From assembly GCF_036321535.1 (NCBI RefSeq), contig NC_087437.1:11658001-11722000 (forward strand): 64,000 bases of DNA, read 5' to 3'. The stretch comes from Camelus dromedarius (lineage: Eukaryota). The translations under genes were made by a program, and so were the position numbers. The notes under the pieces were generated by a model. It saw only the letters and a program-made list of their open reading frames with translations, was not told the origin of the DNA and searched no databases. Shown here piece by piece: positions 12,816-23,394 of the stretch; positions within the stretch are counted from its first letter, which is position 1, and every line of letters starts with the position of its first letter.

Positions 12816-13434
12816 GCGTGCAAATATATTAAATTTCATTTTCAACTATACATTGGTGTGAGTTTTAAAATCTGTTTTGAAACACCTTTTTTAAGGGTGG
12901 GGAGGGGATATGTAGTACTATGCAGTGGAAGATTAGTAACTTAACACTCTAGGGGAAAAGAGCCCTGTTTTTTTAGTATTTACTAATTTCCATGGCAGTT
13001 GGGAAGAGATGGACTCAAATCAGCTCTTGTGAGTGGGTGTAAGCCAGCTTCTGGGGCCTTTAGCAGGAATAGGAAGGAGACACATAAGGCAGAAAAGGAG
13101 TCTGGAGGCCTGAGGTCAAAATTTATGCCAATGCAGTATTTTGCCTTAAGTCAATCTTTTAACATCCACAGTTCCAAATTCTCTTTTTGGCTGGATTGAA
13201 TCCTTGAGGTCACCAAGAGGGGACCACAAAGACATGTATATCTAACTTAGCAGCCACAGATTCTCATAATTTTACCAGTGGAGTAGCTACTTGGGGAGGC
13301 ATGTTACCCACGGAAAGCCTGGTTAAAATGAGGGAGCATTGACTGGTTTAATATAGGTGTCACTTGGGAACAGATGTACTGCCTTGAAATGATGCTGCAG
13401 ATGGTAGATCTCAAAGGGTACCTCCCCACCCCTG

Positions 13435-13592
13435 CCCCGGCCCAGCAGCACTGTCTCACCTGGAAACATGTTAGAAATGCAAATTATCAGAACTTACCCA
13501 ACCCTACAGAATTGTAAACTCTGAGAATGGGTCCCAGCAATGTGTTTCAGCAAGTCCTTCAGGTGATGCTACGTGTGCTTTTAAGTTTGAGA
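13435..13592. mobile_element. MER5A-like hAT MITE fragment
   Basis: cacctggaaacatgttagaaatgcaaatt...cccagcaatgtgtttcagcaagtccttcaggtgat. Confidence 0.7.
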
Positions 13593-13649
13593 TCCTTAAA
13601 GGGAAGTTTGTGGCCCTAGGAGGTAGGAAGACCATGGTGGCTCTTTGTT

Positions 13650-15292
13650 TAAATTTTTTAAATTGAAGTATAGTTGATTTACAATGCTGTGTTAGTTTCA
13701 GATATACAGCAAAGTGATTCCATTCTATATATTATTATTTTTTCCATTATAGGGTAATACAAGATACTGAATATAGTTCCCTGTGCTATACATTAAGTCC
13801 TTATTGTTTATCTATTTGATTTATTTATTTTTATTGAAGTATAGCCAGTTTACAATGTGTCAACTTCTGATGTACAGCATAATGTTTCAGTCATACACAT
13901 ACATATATATTCATTTTCATATTCTTTTTCATTATAAGTGTTAATCTATTTTATACATAGTGGTCTGTATATGTTAATCCCAAACTCCTAACTTGTCCCT
14001 TCCCCCTCCTTCCCCTTTGGTAACCACAAGTTTGTTTTCTATGTCTGCTAAATTCATTTGAATTTTTTTTTAATTCCACATATAAGTGATAACATATGAT
14101 ATTTGTCTTTGTCTGACTTACTTGAGTTAATATGATAATCTATAGGTCCATTCATGTTGCTGCAAATGGCAGTATTTCATTCTTTTTTATGGCTGAGTAA
14201 TATTTCATTATATATGTATCTATAAAGCACATCTTTATCCAGTCATATGTCAACGGACTTTTAGGCTGCTTCTGTCTTGGCTATTATAAATAGTGCCACT
14301 ACGAATATTGGAGTGCACATCTTTTCGAACTAGAGTTTTCTCTGAATATATGCTGAGGAGTGGGATTTTTCGTTTTTTAAGGAAACTCCATACTGTTTTC
14401 CATAATGCCTGCAACAAGCTACATTCTCACCAACAGTATAGGAGGGTTCCTTTTTCCCCACACCCTCTCCAGCATTTATTATTTGTAGACTTTTTAATCA
14501 GAGCCATTCTGGCTGGCATGATACCTCATTGTAGTTTTGATTTGCATTTCTCTAATAATTAGCGATACTGAGCATGTTTTCATGTCCCTGTTGGCCATCT
14601 GTATGTCTTTGAAGAAATGTCTACGCTTTCTGCTCAATTTTTGATTGGGTTGTTGGTTTTTTTTTTGTTTTTTTTTTTAAGCTGTATGAGTTGTTTGTAT
14701 ATTTTGGAAATCAATCCCTTGTCAGTCGCATCATTTGTTTTGTTTATGGTTTCCTTTCCTTTGCAAAAGCTTTTAAATTTAATTAGGTCCCATTTGTTTA
14801 TTTTTGCTTTTATTTCCATTACTCTAGGCAATGGATCCAAAAAAATATTGCTGTGATTTATGTTAAAGAGTATTATGCCTATGTTTTCCTCTAGGAGTTT
14901 TATAGTGTCTGGTCTTTAGTCCATTTTGTGTTTATTTTTGCATATAGTATTAGGGAATGTTCTAATTTCATTCTTTTACATGACACAGTCCAGTTTTCCC
15001 AGCACCACTTATTGAAGAGATTGCCTTTTCTCCAATGTATATTCTTGCTCCTTTGTCATAGATTAATTGGCTGTAGGTGCATGGGCGTATTTCTGGGCTC
15101 TCTGTTCTGTACCATTGATCTATTTGCCTGTTCTTGTGCCAGTACCATACATCTTGATTATTGTAGCTCTGTAGTATGGTCTGAAACCAGGGAGTGTGAT
15201 TCCTCCAGCTGTGTTCTTCTTTCTCAAGATTGTTTTGGCTATTTGGGGTCTTCTTTGTTTCCATACAAATTTCAAAAATTTTTGCTCCAGTA
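13650..15292 (-). mobile_element. 5'-truncated L1 (3' UTR plus ORF2 C-terminal remnant)
   Basis: Minus-strand peptides [61 protein letters not shown] and [22 protein letters not shown] are L1 ORF2 motifs split across frames. Confidence 0.92.
13818..13938 (-). mobile_element. Short younger L1 3' end inserted into the 13650-15292 L1
   Basis: Flanked by a 13-bp TSD tgtttatctattt (13805-13817) / tgttaatctattt (13939-13951). Confidence 0.8.
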
Positions 15293-15364
15293 AGACGGTA
15301 GTGTTTTGGAGTTTCCTGGGCATCTCTGATGTCCTAGGTGAGGCTGGGGGCAAAAAACTGCCAC

Positions 15365-15724
15365 TGTGCGTAGTGGATGCTGCTGGTTCCCCAGCCAAAG
15401 CCCTTTCACTGGGCTGCTGCACCCACTTCTTAAGCTGCTGTGGGCTGGGCTGCTAATGGCTCTGGACAAACACCAAAGACTGGCTGACACTGGGTACAGA
15501 AGGCTTCCCCTTTGCTTCAAAGTGAGACTAACTCAGTGATACAACTCACATTCTCCATGGAATAGGCTAAAGCCAGTCTCCGGTTGAGACCACATTCTTG
15601 CTCAGTTTTCCCACCTAGTCTATCCTGCATCCCTCCTCGTCTCTTGAAAGCACTTTGTACAAAAATTGCTCCAACGAGAATTTCAGTCATAGGCTCTGTT
15701 TCCAGGGAACCAGTGTTGAGACAC
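15365..15724. mobile_element. ERVL LTR (LTR16-like)
   Basis: gtagtggatgctgctggttcccc...ggctctgtttccagggaaccagtgttgagaca resembles recalled LTR16 ends. Confidence 0.55.
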
Positions 15725-16619
15725 TGGATTTCAAAGTCAGACAATTCTGGGTTTGTAGCTGGATTCCCCTAATTAACTAAGTGGCTATAGGTGACTTTGG
15801 TAAATGTCTCAGTTTCTTTATGTGTTAAACGGAGCTAATGTTGCCCGCTTGAAGGGTTTCTTGTGGGAATTAAAGGGCCCTGGGTAAAAGCCCTCAGCAG
15901 AGCTGAGGGTGGGGTAAACTGCCCCGAGCTGCCTTTGATCTTTCCCTGACTTGCCCTTTGGCCCTGGGCATATTCATGTTTTCGAGCTGTCTGTTTCCTT
16001 TGTGGGAACTCCGTGTGTGTCTAACACCAGGCTGCCTCATCAATGACTGGAAGTCAGAAATATTTTTTCAAGTGGTAAAGTACTTGGCAAAATGTACAGC
16101 TCAGGCATGAAGCATAATGAGCATTAATTATACAGCCCAGGGTGGAACAGCCCTTGGGAGAGAAGTGTCTGGGAGTTCAGAGCCTAGGAGAGATGGGTGG
16201 TCCTGCCAGGGCCTTTCCTGGGACTTTCCTGCCCAAACAGCAGCCCCGTAAGCAGGAGGAGCTTGCAAACTGCAACCCGGTCTCCCCAAGTCTGGGGAGC
16301 CCAGTAAACTGGAGGCAGAAAAAGGAGGGGAAGGGTTCATGCCTGTGGCCTGTTTCCATGCAGAGTTCCTTCTTGGCTTTGACGTCTGGACTCTGTTGTC
16401 ACCTCCTCATAGACGCCTCTCTGATCAGCCCATTTTAAATACACTCATTGTCCAGTTTTACTGTTTTCTTAACACTTAAGCACCATCCGGCATTAGCCTG
16501 TAGAGGTATTTGTCAATGTGCATACTGTTGCTTCTCTGCTAGATCTCTCCGAGGATAGGGGGATCAGTGTATTCTGTGCACTGCACACAGTAGGTCCTTC
16601 ATAAATCCTTGGTCTCAGA

Positions 16620-17255
16620 ATCCCAGGAATTCTTACACATTGGTGGTGAGAGGTAAATGGGTCCAGTGATTTGGAAATATCTCTGGCTGTGTTTAAGGAA
16701 GCCAAGCATGTGCCTTCTTAGGACCCAGCAATTCCACTCCTAGGTATGTATCCACAGAAATGCAAACGTGTCACCAAAAGACACGTTCTAGAATGTTCAC
16801 ACCAGAACTTTCTGTAATAACCACCGAACTGGAAGCTACCCAAATTTTCTCGAAAATAGGTGAACAAATTGTGGTATATCTATACAACGAAATACCAAAC
16901 AGAAAGGAAAACCTTCTACCAGAGGCAAAAACAGGCATGAATCTCACCAACATAATGACCTGATGTTGAGTGAGAAAGAACAAGACACAAAAGCACACAT
17001 TGTCTGATCACGTGTGAAGCAGGAAAACTGACAAAATCAATCTCAGTGTTAGAAATCAGGACATAGGTTGCCGCTGGGGGTGTTTGGGGGAGTGGCTGGA
17101 AGGAGCTGAAGGGGCATCAGGGGTGTTGGGCAGGTTCTGTGTCTCCGTCTGGCGGCTCCGTCTGGCGGCTCGTCACACAAGTACGTACAGTTCGGGAACA
17201 TTCATCCACTGCGCCTTTTATACTGCGGTATATATACAATAAAATTTACATTAAA
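16620..17255 (+). mobile_element. Ancient L1 (L1MC/L1ME-like) 3' end abutting the CpG island
   Basis: gacccagcaattccactcctaggtat, catgaatctcaccaacataatg, AATAAA at ~17238. Confidence 0.8.
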
Positions 17256-17347
17256 ACAACTGCACGAGGGTCTGCCCAGTAGAGTATGCGAACTCTTAAT
17301 AACATTTACTTAAAAAAAAAAAAAAAAAGTGCTGGGAGCTTGGAGCC

Positions 17348-17455
17348 ATGGAGTTGGACGCTCGCTCCGGGGAGGAGGGCCCGGACGCTGCGTTGGCCCT
17401 GGCGGTACCCGTCGGCGGCGCTGCGCTCAAGGCTGCCCGACGCGCGCGGAGGAGG
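17348..17455 (+). CDS. Candidate first coding exon or uORF, 36 codons (MELDARSGEEGPDAALALAVPVGGAALKAARRARRR); product unrecognised
   Basis: Kozak GCCATGG at the island edge and a phase-0 donor AGG|GTGAGA at 17455/17456. No homology recalled and no convincing downstream coding exon found. Confidence 0.2.
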
Positions 17456-18521
17456 GTGAGACCGAGCCTCCAGGGGCCGCAGGGCCGGCCCAGGGGACCC
17501 GCGAGCTTCAAGGCCGGACCCCTCCGGGGTGCGCAGCCCGACGAACCGCGCGATTCTCCGCCCTGGAGCGCTCACGAGGCCCCTGTGGGGGCACCAGCGC
17601 CCGCTCCGCCCCGCTCCGCACCAGGCGCCCTCTGCGCGTCCCCGGGGTTGCCGCGGCCGAGAGCACGGCGCGCCCCTCTCCGCGGGGCCGCGGCCGCTCC
17701 GGACGGCTCTCGCCGGGGTCCCGCCAGGGTCCCGGAGAGGGCTCCGGGGTCGCGCGGCGTTTGGGGTGGGCTCGGCCTCGGGAGGGCGGGGCGGCGCCTG
17801 TCCCCGATTGACCCCGCGGCGGAGGGAGGGCGGACGCTGGCGGCCGGCAGGGACGGCCCGGGGAGGAGAGGGAGGAGAGGGAGGGAGGGAGGAAGGGAAA
17901 TGGGCGACGGAGTCGGGGCCCCGCGGGCCGGCGCCTCGTGGGGAGAGGGTGGGACGTCCGCCGAGCCCAGAATCCGGGCGCGGGAGAGGAGCCTGAGCCT
18001 AGGACAGGGGTGCAATGGGGCCTCGGCAGAGAGCGCTCCTCCTCCCCCCCATTCCAGAACCGGGCCGGGGGGCGCGGGACTGGGGCACCCCCGGGCTCCG
18101 GACGTAGGGGCGGGAGAGAGAAAGGCCCCGGCAGCTCGAGAGCCCTGAGCGAGGGAGGGGTGGGCAGGGGAGGGGAAAAGCGGCCTGAGAGTCGGGAGTG
18201 GGGGATGGGTGTCAGAAAAGACTGGCGACAGTCACGCGGAGACTCTGAGTCGCCAAGTTTCGCTTTAATGCCCCTGGGCTTTAGAGACCAGCGGCGCTGG
18301 TAGCGCGTGAGCGGCGTCTGCTCTGGCGATCTGCTGTGTTCTGGAGGCCTGACGTCAGCCGGGCGCTTCCAGCCTGGCTGGTGATTTGTATCCCCACCAT
18401 CTCCCCGTACCTGCCTACCGTTACCTGGTCACTAGGCCTTTGCACTGGCCGGCGTTGGGGTGGGGGGTGCCCGAACACGGTGTTGAGAGCCTTCCAGGCT
18501 CCGCGGAGGGAGGGCCCTCAC

Positions 18522-18620
18522 CTGTCCTTCAAACTGGGGGCTTCGGCTCTGGGTCGGAAGCGGGTAGTTAGGGGCAGCGGGGGTGGGGAGTTGCTTGAGC
18601 TTGAGGCCGGAACAGCAGCA
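18522..18620 (-). other. Candidate non-coding first exon (minus strand); TSS position is a guess
   Basis: Donor CAG|GTGAGG at 18522/18521, downstream (on minus) of GC boxes and an ETS site. Further CAG|GT donors at 18425 and 18411. Confidence 0.35.
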
Positions 18621-20833
18621 CATCCCGAGTTTCTTTCTAAAAAACAGAAAAGTTTCTCTTCCCTGGGCCTAACTCCCCCTCCCCCTCCGCCCCGCCCCCC
18701 CCAACCGAATCCCCCTCTCCCCTGGGGTCAGCGAGAGGGGAGGTACAAAGGCCGGATTGTCCGCAGGATAGCTGATTCTGCCCCTCACTTTAATTTACAA
18801 AGCATCATCAGATGGCCGCTTAATTTCCCAGTCATCACAACGGAAGGAATCCTATTCTGAGTTTTTCTGAAGTGATTTTAATTTTCCTTTGGGCAGCCAG
18901 TGATCACTCCTGAAAACGCCACGGATTAAAAACAAAGGAGAGGACACAAACTGGAGGGCCACAGACAAAGCAGCTCTTGGCCTCTTTCTCAGGGGCCAGT
19001 CTCGGCTGGTTCTCAAAGACCAGAAACCATTAAGCATTTTTCGCTCTGGGGAGATGACAAAAAAAAAAAAAAAAAAAGATTTTACTAACACATCTCTCCT
19101 CTATTTTTACCCATTTCCTTTACTTGGTCCTGGTCCTGTTTTTACTTGGCCAAAGAAAGTAATCATCTGCCTGTATTATATACTCAGATTTTCCCCTTAA
19201 TTACAAATTAAGGGGAAAAAAAAAGAATGTGAAGTGTGGGGGCACAGTTTAGAAACTATTAGAATGATAGCAGAAAAGAAGGGTACTGGAATGACTTTTG
19301 GGAGACCTGGGATCTTTTCTCTACCGCTAATTTGCTTGTCAGGTGACCCGTTTTTCTGCCTCTGTCCTTTCAGTAAGACGTGGGTAAACCACAGGTGACC
19401 CCAGCTCGCCAAGCCTGCTTTTCTAAATTTCTTTTGAGGGAGATTCAAAACCTTGATTCAAATACATTTCCATTAGGTGTATGGCTTAATATTTAATTCC
19501 TTCTTGGCTTTAAGCTGAGGAGTAGATGTCTGAACGTACATTTCCTCATCCTAAATCCCTTTTATCCTCTGCTAATGCTCACAGTGCAGTGTTGATGTCT
19601 GGCAGGCTTTGTGTTCAGTTTGTACCATTTGCAAACAGTGAGAATTATCGTGGAAAAGAGGGAAGGATGGCTGCAGGATTTCTTGGACCTGAGGATCTCA
19701 CACTTCTCTTAGCATTTTCATTCTAATTAGCACACAACTTTTAAAAGTTGGCCTGAGCACAGCAACACTTTCACACATCCGTACTAAAATCCATGCTAAT
19801 CTTTCCCATGGGATGTAATTCAGTGGAATTGACATTCTAATAAAATACTGGCAAAGGCACAATCACAGTTTGCCTGTAATGCGTAATTAAAATAGCACTA
19901 CGCAGTTGCTTAAACCTCAGATAATGGCTTCCTACATATTGTTGGTTAAGAGATTTCAGGAGTTTTCTTCCTGGATGTTAATAGAACATTATAAAGCTAC
20001 TCTTTTTAGAAAGGTGGACTGTGATCTCAGTTTGACATTGCTAGGAATGCACTAAAGCCTAAGTGGCTTTCAGATGGGCCTTGGGCAGTTACTTAATGCA
20101 TCCAAACTTGCCTTCAAATTTGCGTTTTCTGGTAACAGCTGATTCGCATCATTGGCATAGCTGTACATTGGCTTGAAGACCCTTTGAATCTACCGTATCT
20201 GGCATTTGGGAAATCTTAACTTTTCTAAAAGGCTGAAGACGGGAGGCCTTCCCTTGGATAATGCAGTTCAGATTTTGCTATTTTGTTCCAAAGTATTTTA
20301 CATTGAATAAGCAACCTTGATTTAGCATTGTCATGGATGACATGCTACAGAAATACGATGCAGTTTGGGTTCCTGCATTTCATGTAAAGTTTGTGGTTGC
20401 TAAATGGTTGATGCTTTTTAGGTTATTAATTAATCTGTAGTCAAACTGAACAATTTTACCACTGACAGTTTTTGTTTTATGGCCAAGAAGATCTGAAATT
20501 TTGCCAAAGGAGCTGGAGAGAAAGAGTGGCCTCTTTGTGGATTCCTACATGTCTTAGGTGAAGATTGAGTGGCTGTGCCCCACCTATATTGTGAGGACAT
20601 TTTTAGCAGTCCCCTTAGCTGGGTGGATTCACTCATGAGGCACAGCTTTATTAACAGTGTACAGAATTATTAACAGCCTCTGACTTCCGGGATAGAACAC
20701 TTCAGAAAATGGGTGACTCTTGCTATTAGAATTGGGAATGGCCATATCATTTATTGGGCCATTTAATCCCCTTTGACTCACATGCGAACTCTAAACTAAG
20801 TCCATCCTTCAAAATGGAGACATTAACTAAGAG

Positions 20834-21909
20834 TGAGACCCCTAAATTAGGAAGCCCATCGAAGTGTAGGTCCTTGCCTGCTGGCTGGAAAGAATTCACA
20901 TGCTAAGGCAGAGGGACAGAGCAAAACTGCTTTTATTTCTCAAAAGAGGAAAAGGAAAGAAAGTGCTCGAACTAGGAAGAGGCACTGGAGTGGGGAGCCA
21001 TCAGCCAAGCTGACTGGCAGAGAGGGCTCTGGCCTGGGTCGGGCCATGTGGGCTTTTGTGGGAGACTTCTACCACCATGTCCTCCCTCCGGGTATGATGG
21101 AGCCAGTCAGTCCTTGTTTAAGCTTTTCAGTCTTTGTGTGGGCTTTTCCTGTTGTCTTCATGGCAGTTGTCAACTGTCATGGCACTGGTGGGTGTCACTT
21201 AGCAGCTAATACATTACAATGAGCATATAATGAGGCTCAAGGTCCACTGGAAGTGAAATCCTCCACTATCTTGGACTGGGCGGGTTCTGTCAACTGAAAT
21301 AAATGCACAACCTAAAAGTTGAGAGTTATGTTTTATTCGGTGGACAATTTTGAGGATTCAGCCAAGGATGACAGCCTGTCAGATCGCTCTGAGGGACTGC
21401 TCCAAAGAGGTAGGGGAGGAGCTAGGATATATAGGAGTTTTACAACAAAGACCAGGTAGTTGGAATATTAAAAGATTATTTGTTAACTAAAGAAGAACAG
21501 GCATCTCAAGTTAAAGAATTTAGTGCTTTTCTATGTATGGGAGGAAGCAAACACTTGGGCTCATTGAATTCATTCCTTTGACAAGCACCCAGCTATCTAG
21601 GGCCAGTATCCTGTCCTTTCTTATTCTGAGTCCCCTCAGGGTGCACCACTGTGAGTGGCTGCAGAGGCCGGGCTGCAGGCTTGTCTTCACTTGGTGGGGG
21701 CGGGGGGTGGGGGGGCGGTGGCAACCGCTGACGGCTTGATGGCTTCAGCATTCTTTGTTTACTGATACAGTTTGCAGTATTTTTCATTCACAGTTCTAAC
21801 CAGTTCTTGTTTCTTCCCCAGCTGCCTCCTGAGGCTTAGATAAGAGTAATTGGTTTCTATTTGAGAGAGGGGCAAGGGTGTGATCCTGGAGGCGACAGCC
21901 TTGGTAACA
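20834..21909 (-). mobile_element. Solo ERV1 LTR family A (MER41-like core), split by a nested LTR
   Basis: TG...CA ends (tgagacc / ggtaaca); flanks agag/agaa (3/4 match); reverse complement aligns by eye to the 6580 LTR. Confidence 0.8.
21288..21792 (-). mobile_element. Solo ERV1 LTR family B nested in the family A LTR
   Basis: tgtcaac...cattcaca with perfect 4-bp TSD GTTC (21284-21287 / 21793-21796); similar to 22950-23394 and 42742-43234. Confidence 0.92.
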
Positions 21910-22949
21910 AGAAGGAAAGTTGTTTTTAATCATGATTCCTACAATTTGGTGGACCCAGTGTCCGTCCCCCCCACCCCCAACATCTCCAAAGATTCTGTTC
22001 AGCCGGGAATGGAAGGAGTAATCTCAGTTAATTGTTGAGATAGGTGGTCAGGGTCCTTGGCATCCTCCAGTGCCTGAGAGCTTGTCCAAATCAACCTGCC
22101 CTCATATGACTCAAGGAGGCCTGGGAGACTTCACCTTCTCTAAAACAAGAGGCAGGGGTTGGGGAGTGGCCCACAGAGTCCTGCTCCCTCTCAGAGACAG
22201 GTCCTAGGCGCCCAAATCAGTGAGATGGGAGAAGGCTGAACCTGAAAATGTGTTCCCCTGGAAGCAGGAAGCTAGTGTTTGTCTTTGAACAAGATGCATA
22301 TTTGGGTAGATTGCTCTCAGGCAGATGAAACAAGATGGCACTCAGCACTCAAGACCAGGAACCAAATGGGAGAGAATTCAAGTCTAGTATCTACAGGGCT
22401 TTCATGCTTAATAAAATCCTTATGTACCTTCTTGGGGATTCTTAACATCAGAAATCTACACTCAGCCCCCTGTTTTGGCTGTTAAGGAAAATCAGGTCTG
22501 GGAGACAGAAGGGGAACACATATCTCTAGGAGCTATGCAGAGTGAACAATAGTGGAGAAAAGTTCAGCTCAAGAGAGAAAGCACATGGAGAGGTAAAGGT
22601 GGAAGGCTAAGCTGGACCTTTAATTAATTGAACATTTCTTATTTGTTTTATAGTGAGAACCCCTGATCCACAAGACCAAGAGTATTTTACATGTGAATCC
22701 TGGCTCTCTGTCGGTGGTTTTATTTAGTCAAGGTAGATTGTGGTAACAAATAGATCCCAAAATGATGGCACAAGAAATGGTGCAGGGAAGTTGTTCTTGG
22801 CTTCAGTACAATGGTGGCTATATTCCTTCATGCAGTTATCCTGGGACCCTGGCTTCTCCCTTCCTGTGGCTTCTTTATCCCCTAATGGCTTATCATTTTT
22901 TGCATCTAGGTGAAAGAGGGAAAAACGGGTGGAGGGGGGCACTAACTTC

Positions 22950-23394
22950 TGTTGACTGAAAAAAAAGTACAACCTAAAAATTGAAAATTATGTTTTATTC
23001 GGTGGACTTTCTGAGGACTTAAGCCCAGAAGACAGCCTCCCAGATAGCTCTGTGCACTGCTCTAAAGAGGTAAGGGAGAAGCCAGGATATATAGGAGTTT
23101 TTGCAACAAAAATCAGGTCATTGGAACATCAAACAATTACTATTAAAGAAAACCAGACATCTCAAGTTAATGAATTTAGTGTTTTTCTATTTATGGGAAT
23201 ATGTGAGAGCCTGGGCTCATTGAAATCATGCCTTTGATATGCACCTTAATGATCAGGATCAGGGGCTAGTCTCCTACTTTTCTCCATCCTGAATTCCCAA
23301 GGGTGCACAGTTGGGGGTGGCTGCAGTGGCTTCTGGCTTGGTGGCCTCAACATCCTTGGTTTACTGATATGGCAGGCGACAGTCTTCATTCACA
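22950..23394 (-). mobile_element. 3' LTR (family B) of a minus-strand provirus
   Basis: tgttgac...cattcaca; directly adjacent to a PPT-like tract (minus strand gaccaagaggaggcgc|TG). Confidence 0.9.

Larger units (their letters stand above)
17330..18820. promoter_or_regulatory. CpG island, probable promoter / first-exon region of an unidentified gene
   Basis: Abrupt switch to very high GC with dense CpG. Full CRE TGACGTCA at 18350-18357, ETS-like CGGAAG near 18555 and CCGGAA near 18607, GC boxes at 18107-18115 and ~18687-18697, and splice-donor-like sites on both strands. Confidence 0.9.

Noticed and set aside
14293..15456. Cluster of 70-120 aa ORFs
   Set aside because: These are sense fragments and antisense shadows of frameshifted L1 ORF2.
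17296..18860. Many overlapping long ORFs on both strands
   Set aside because: Stop codons are scarce in GC-rich DNA. The peptides are low-complexity with no recognisable domain.
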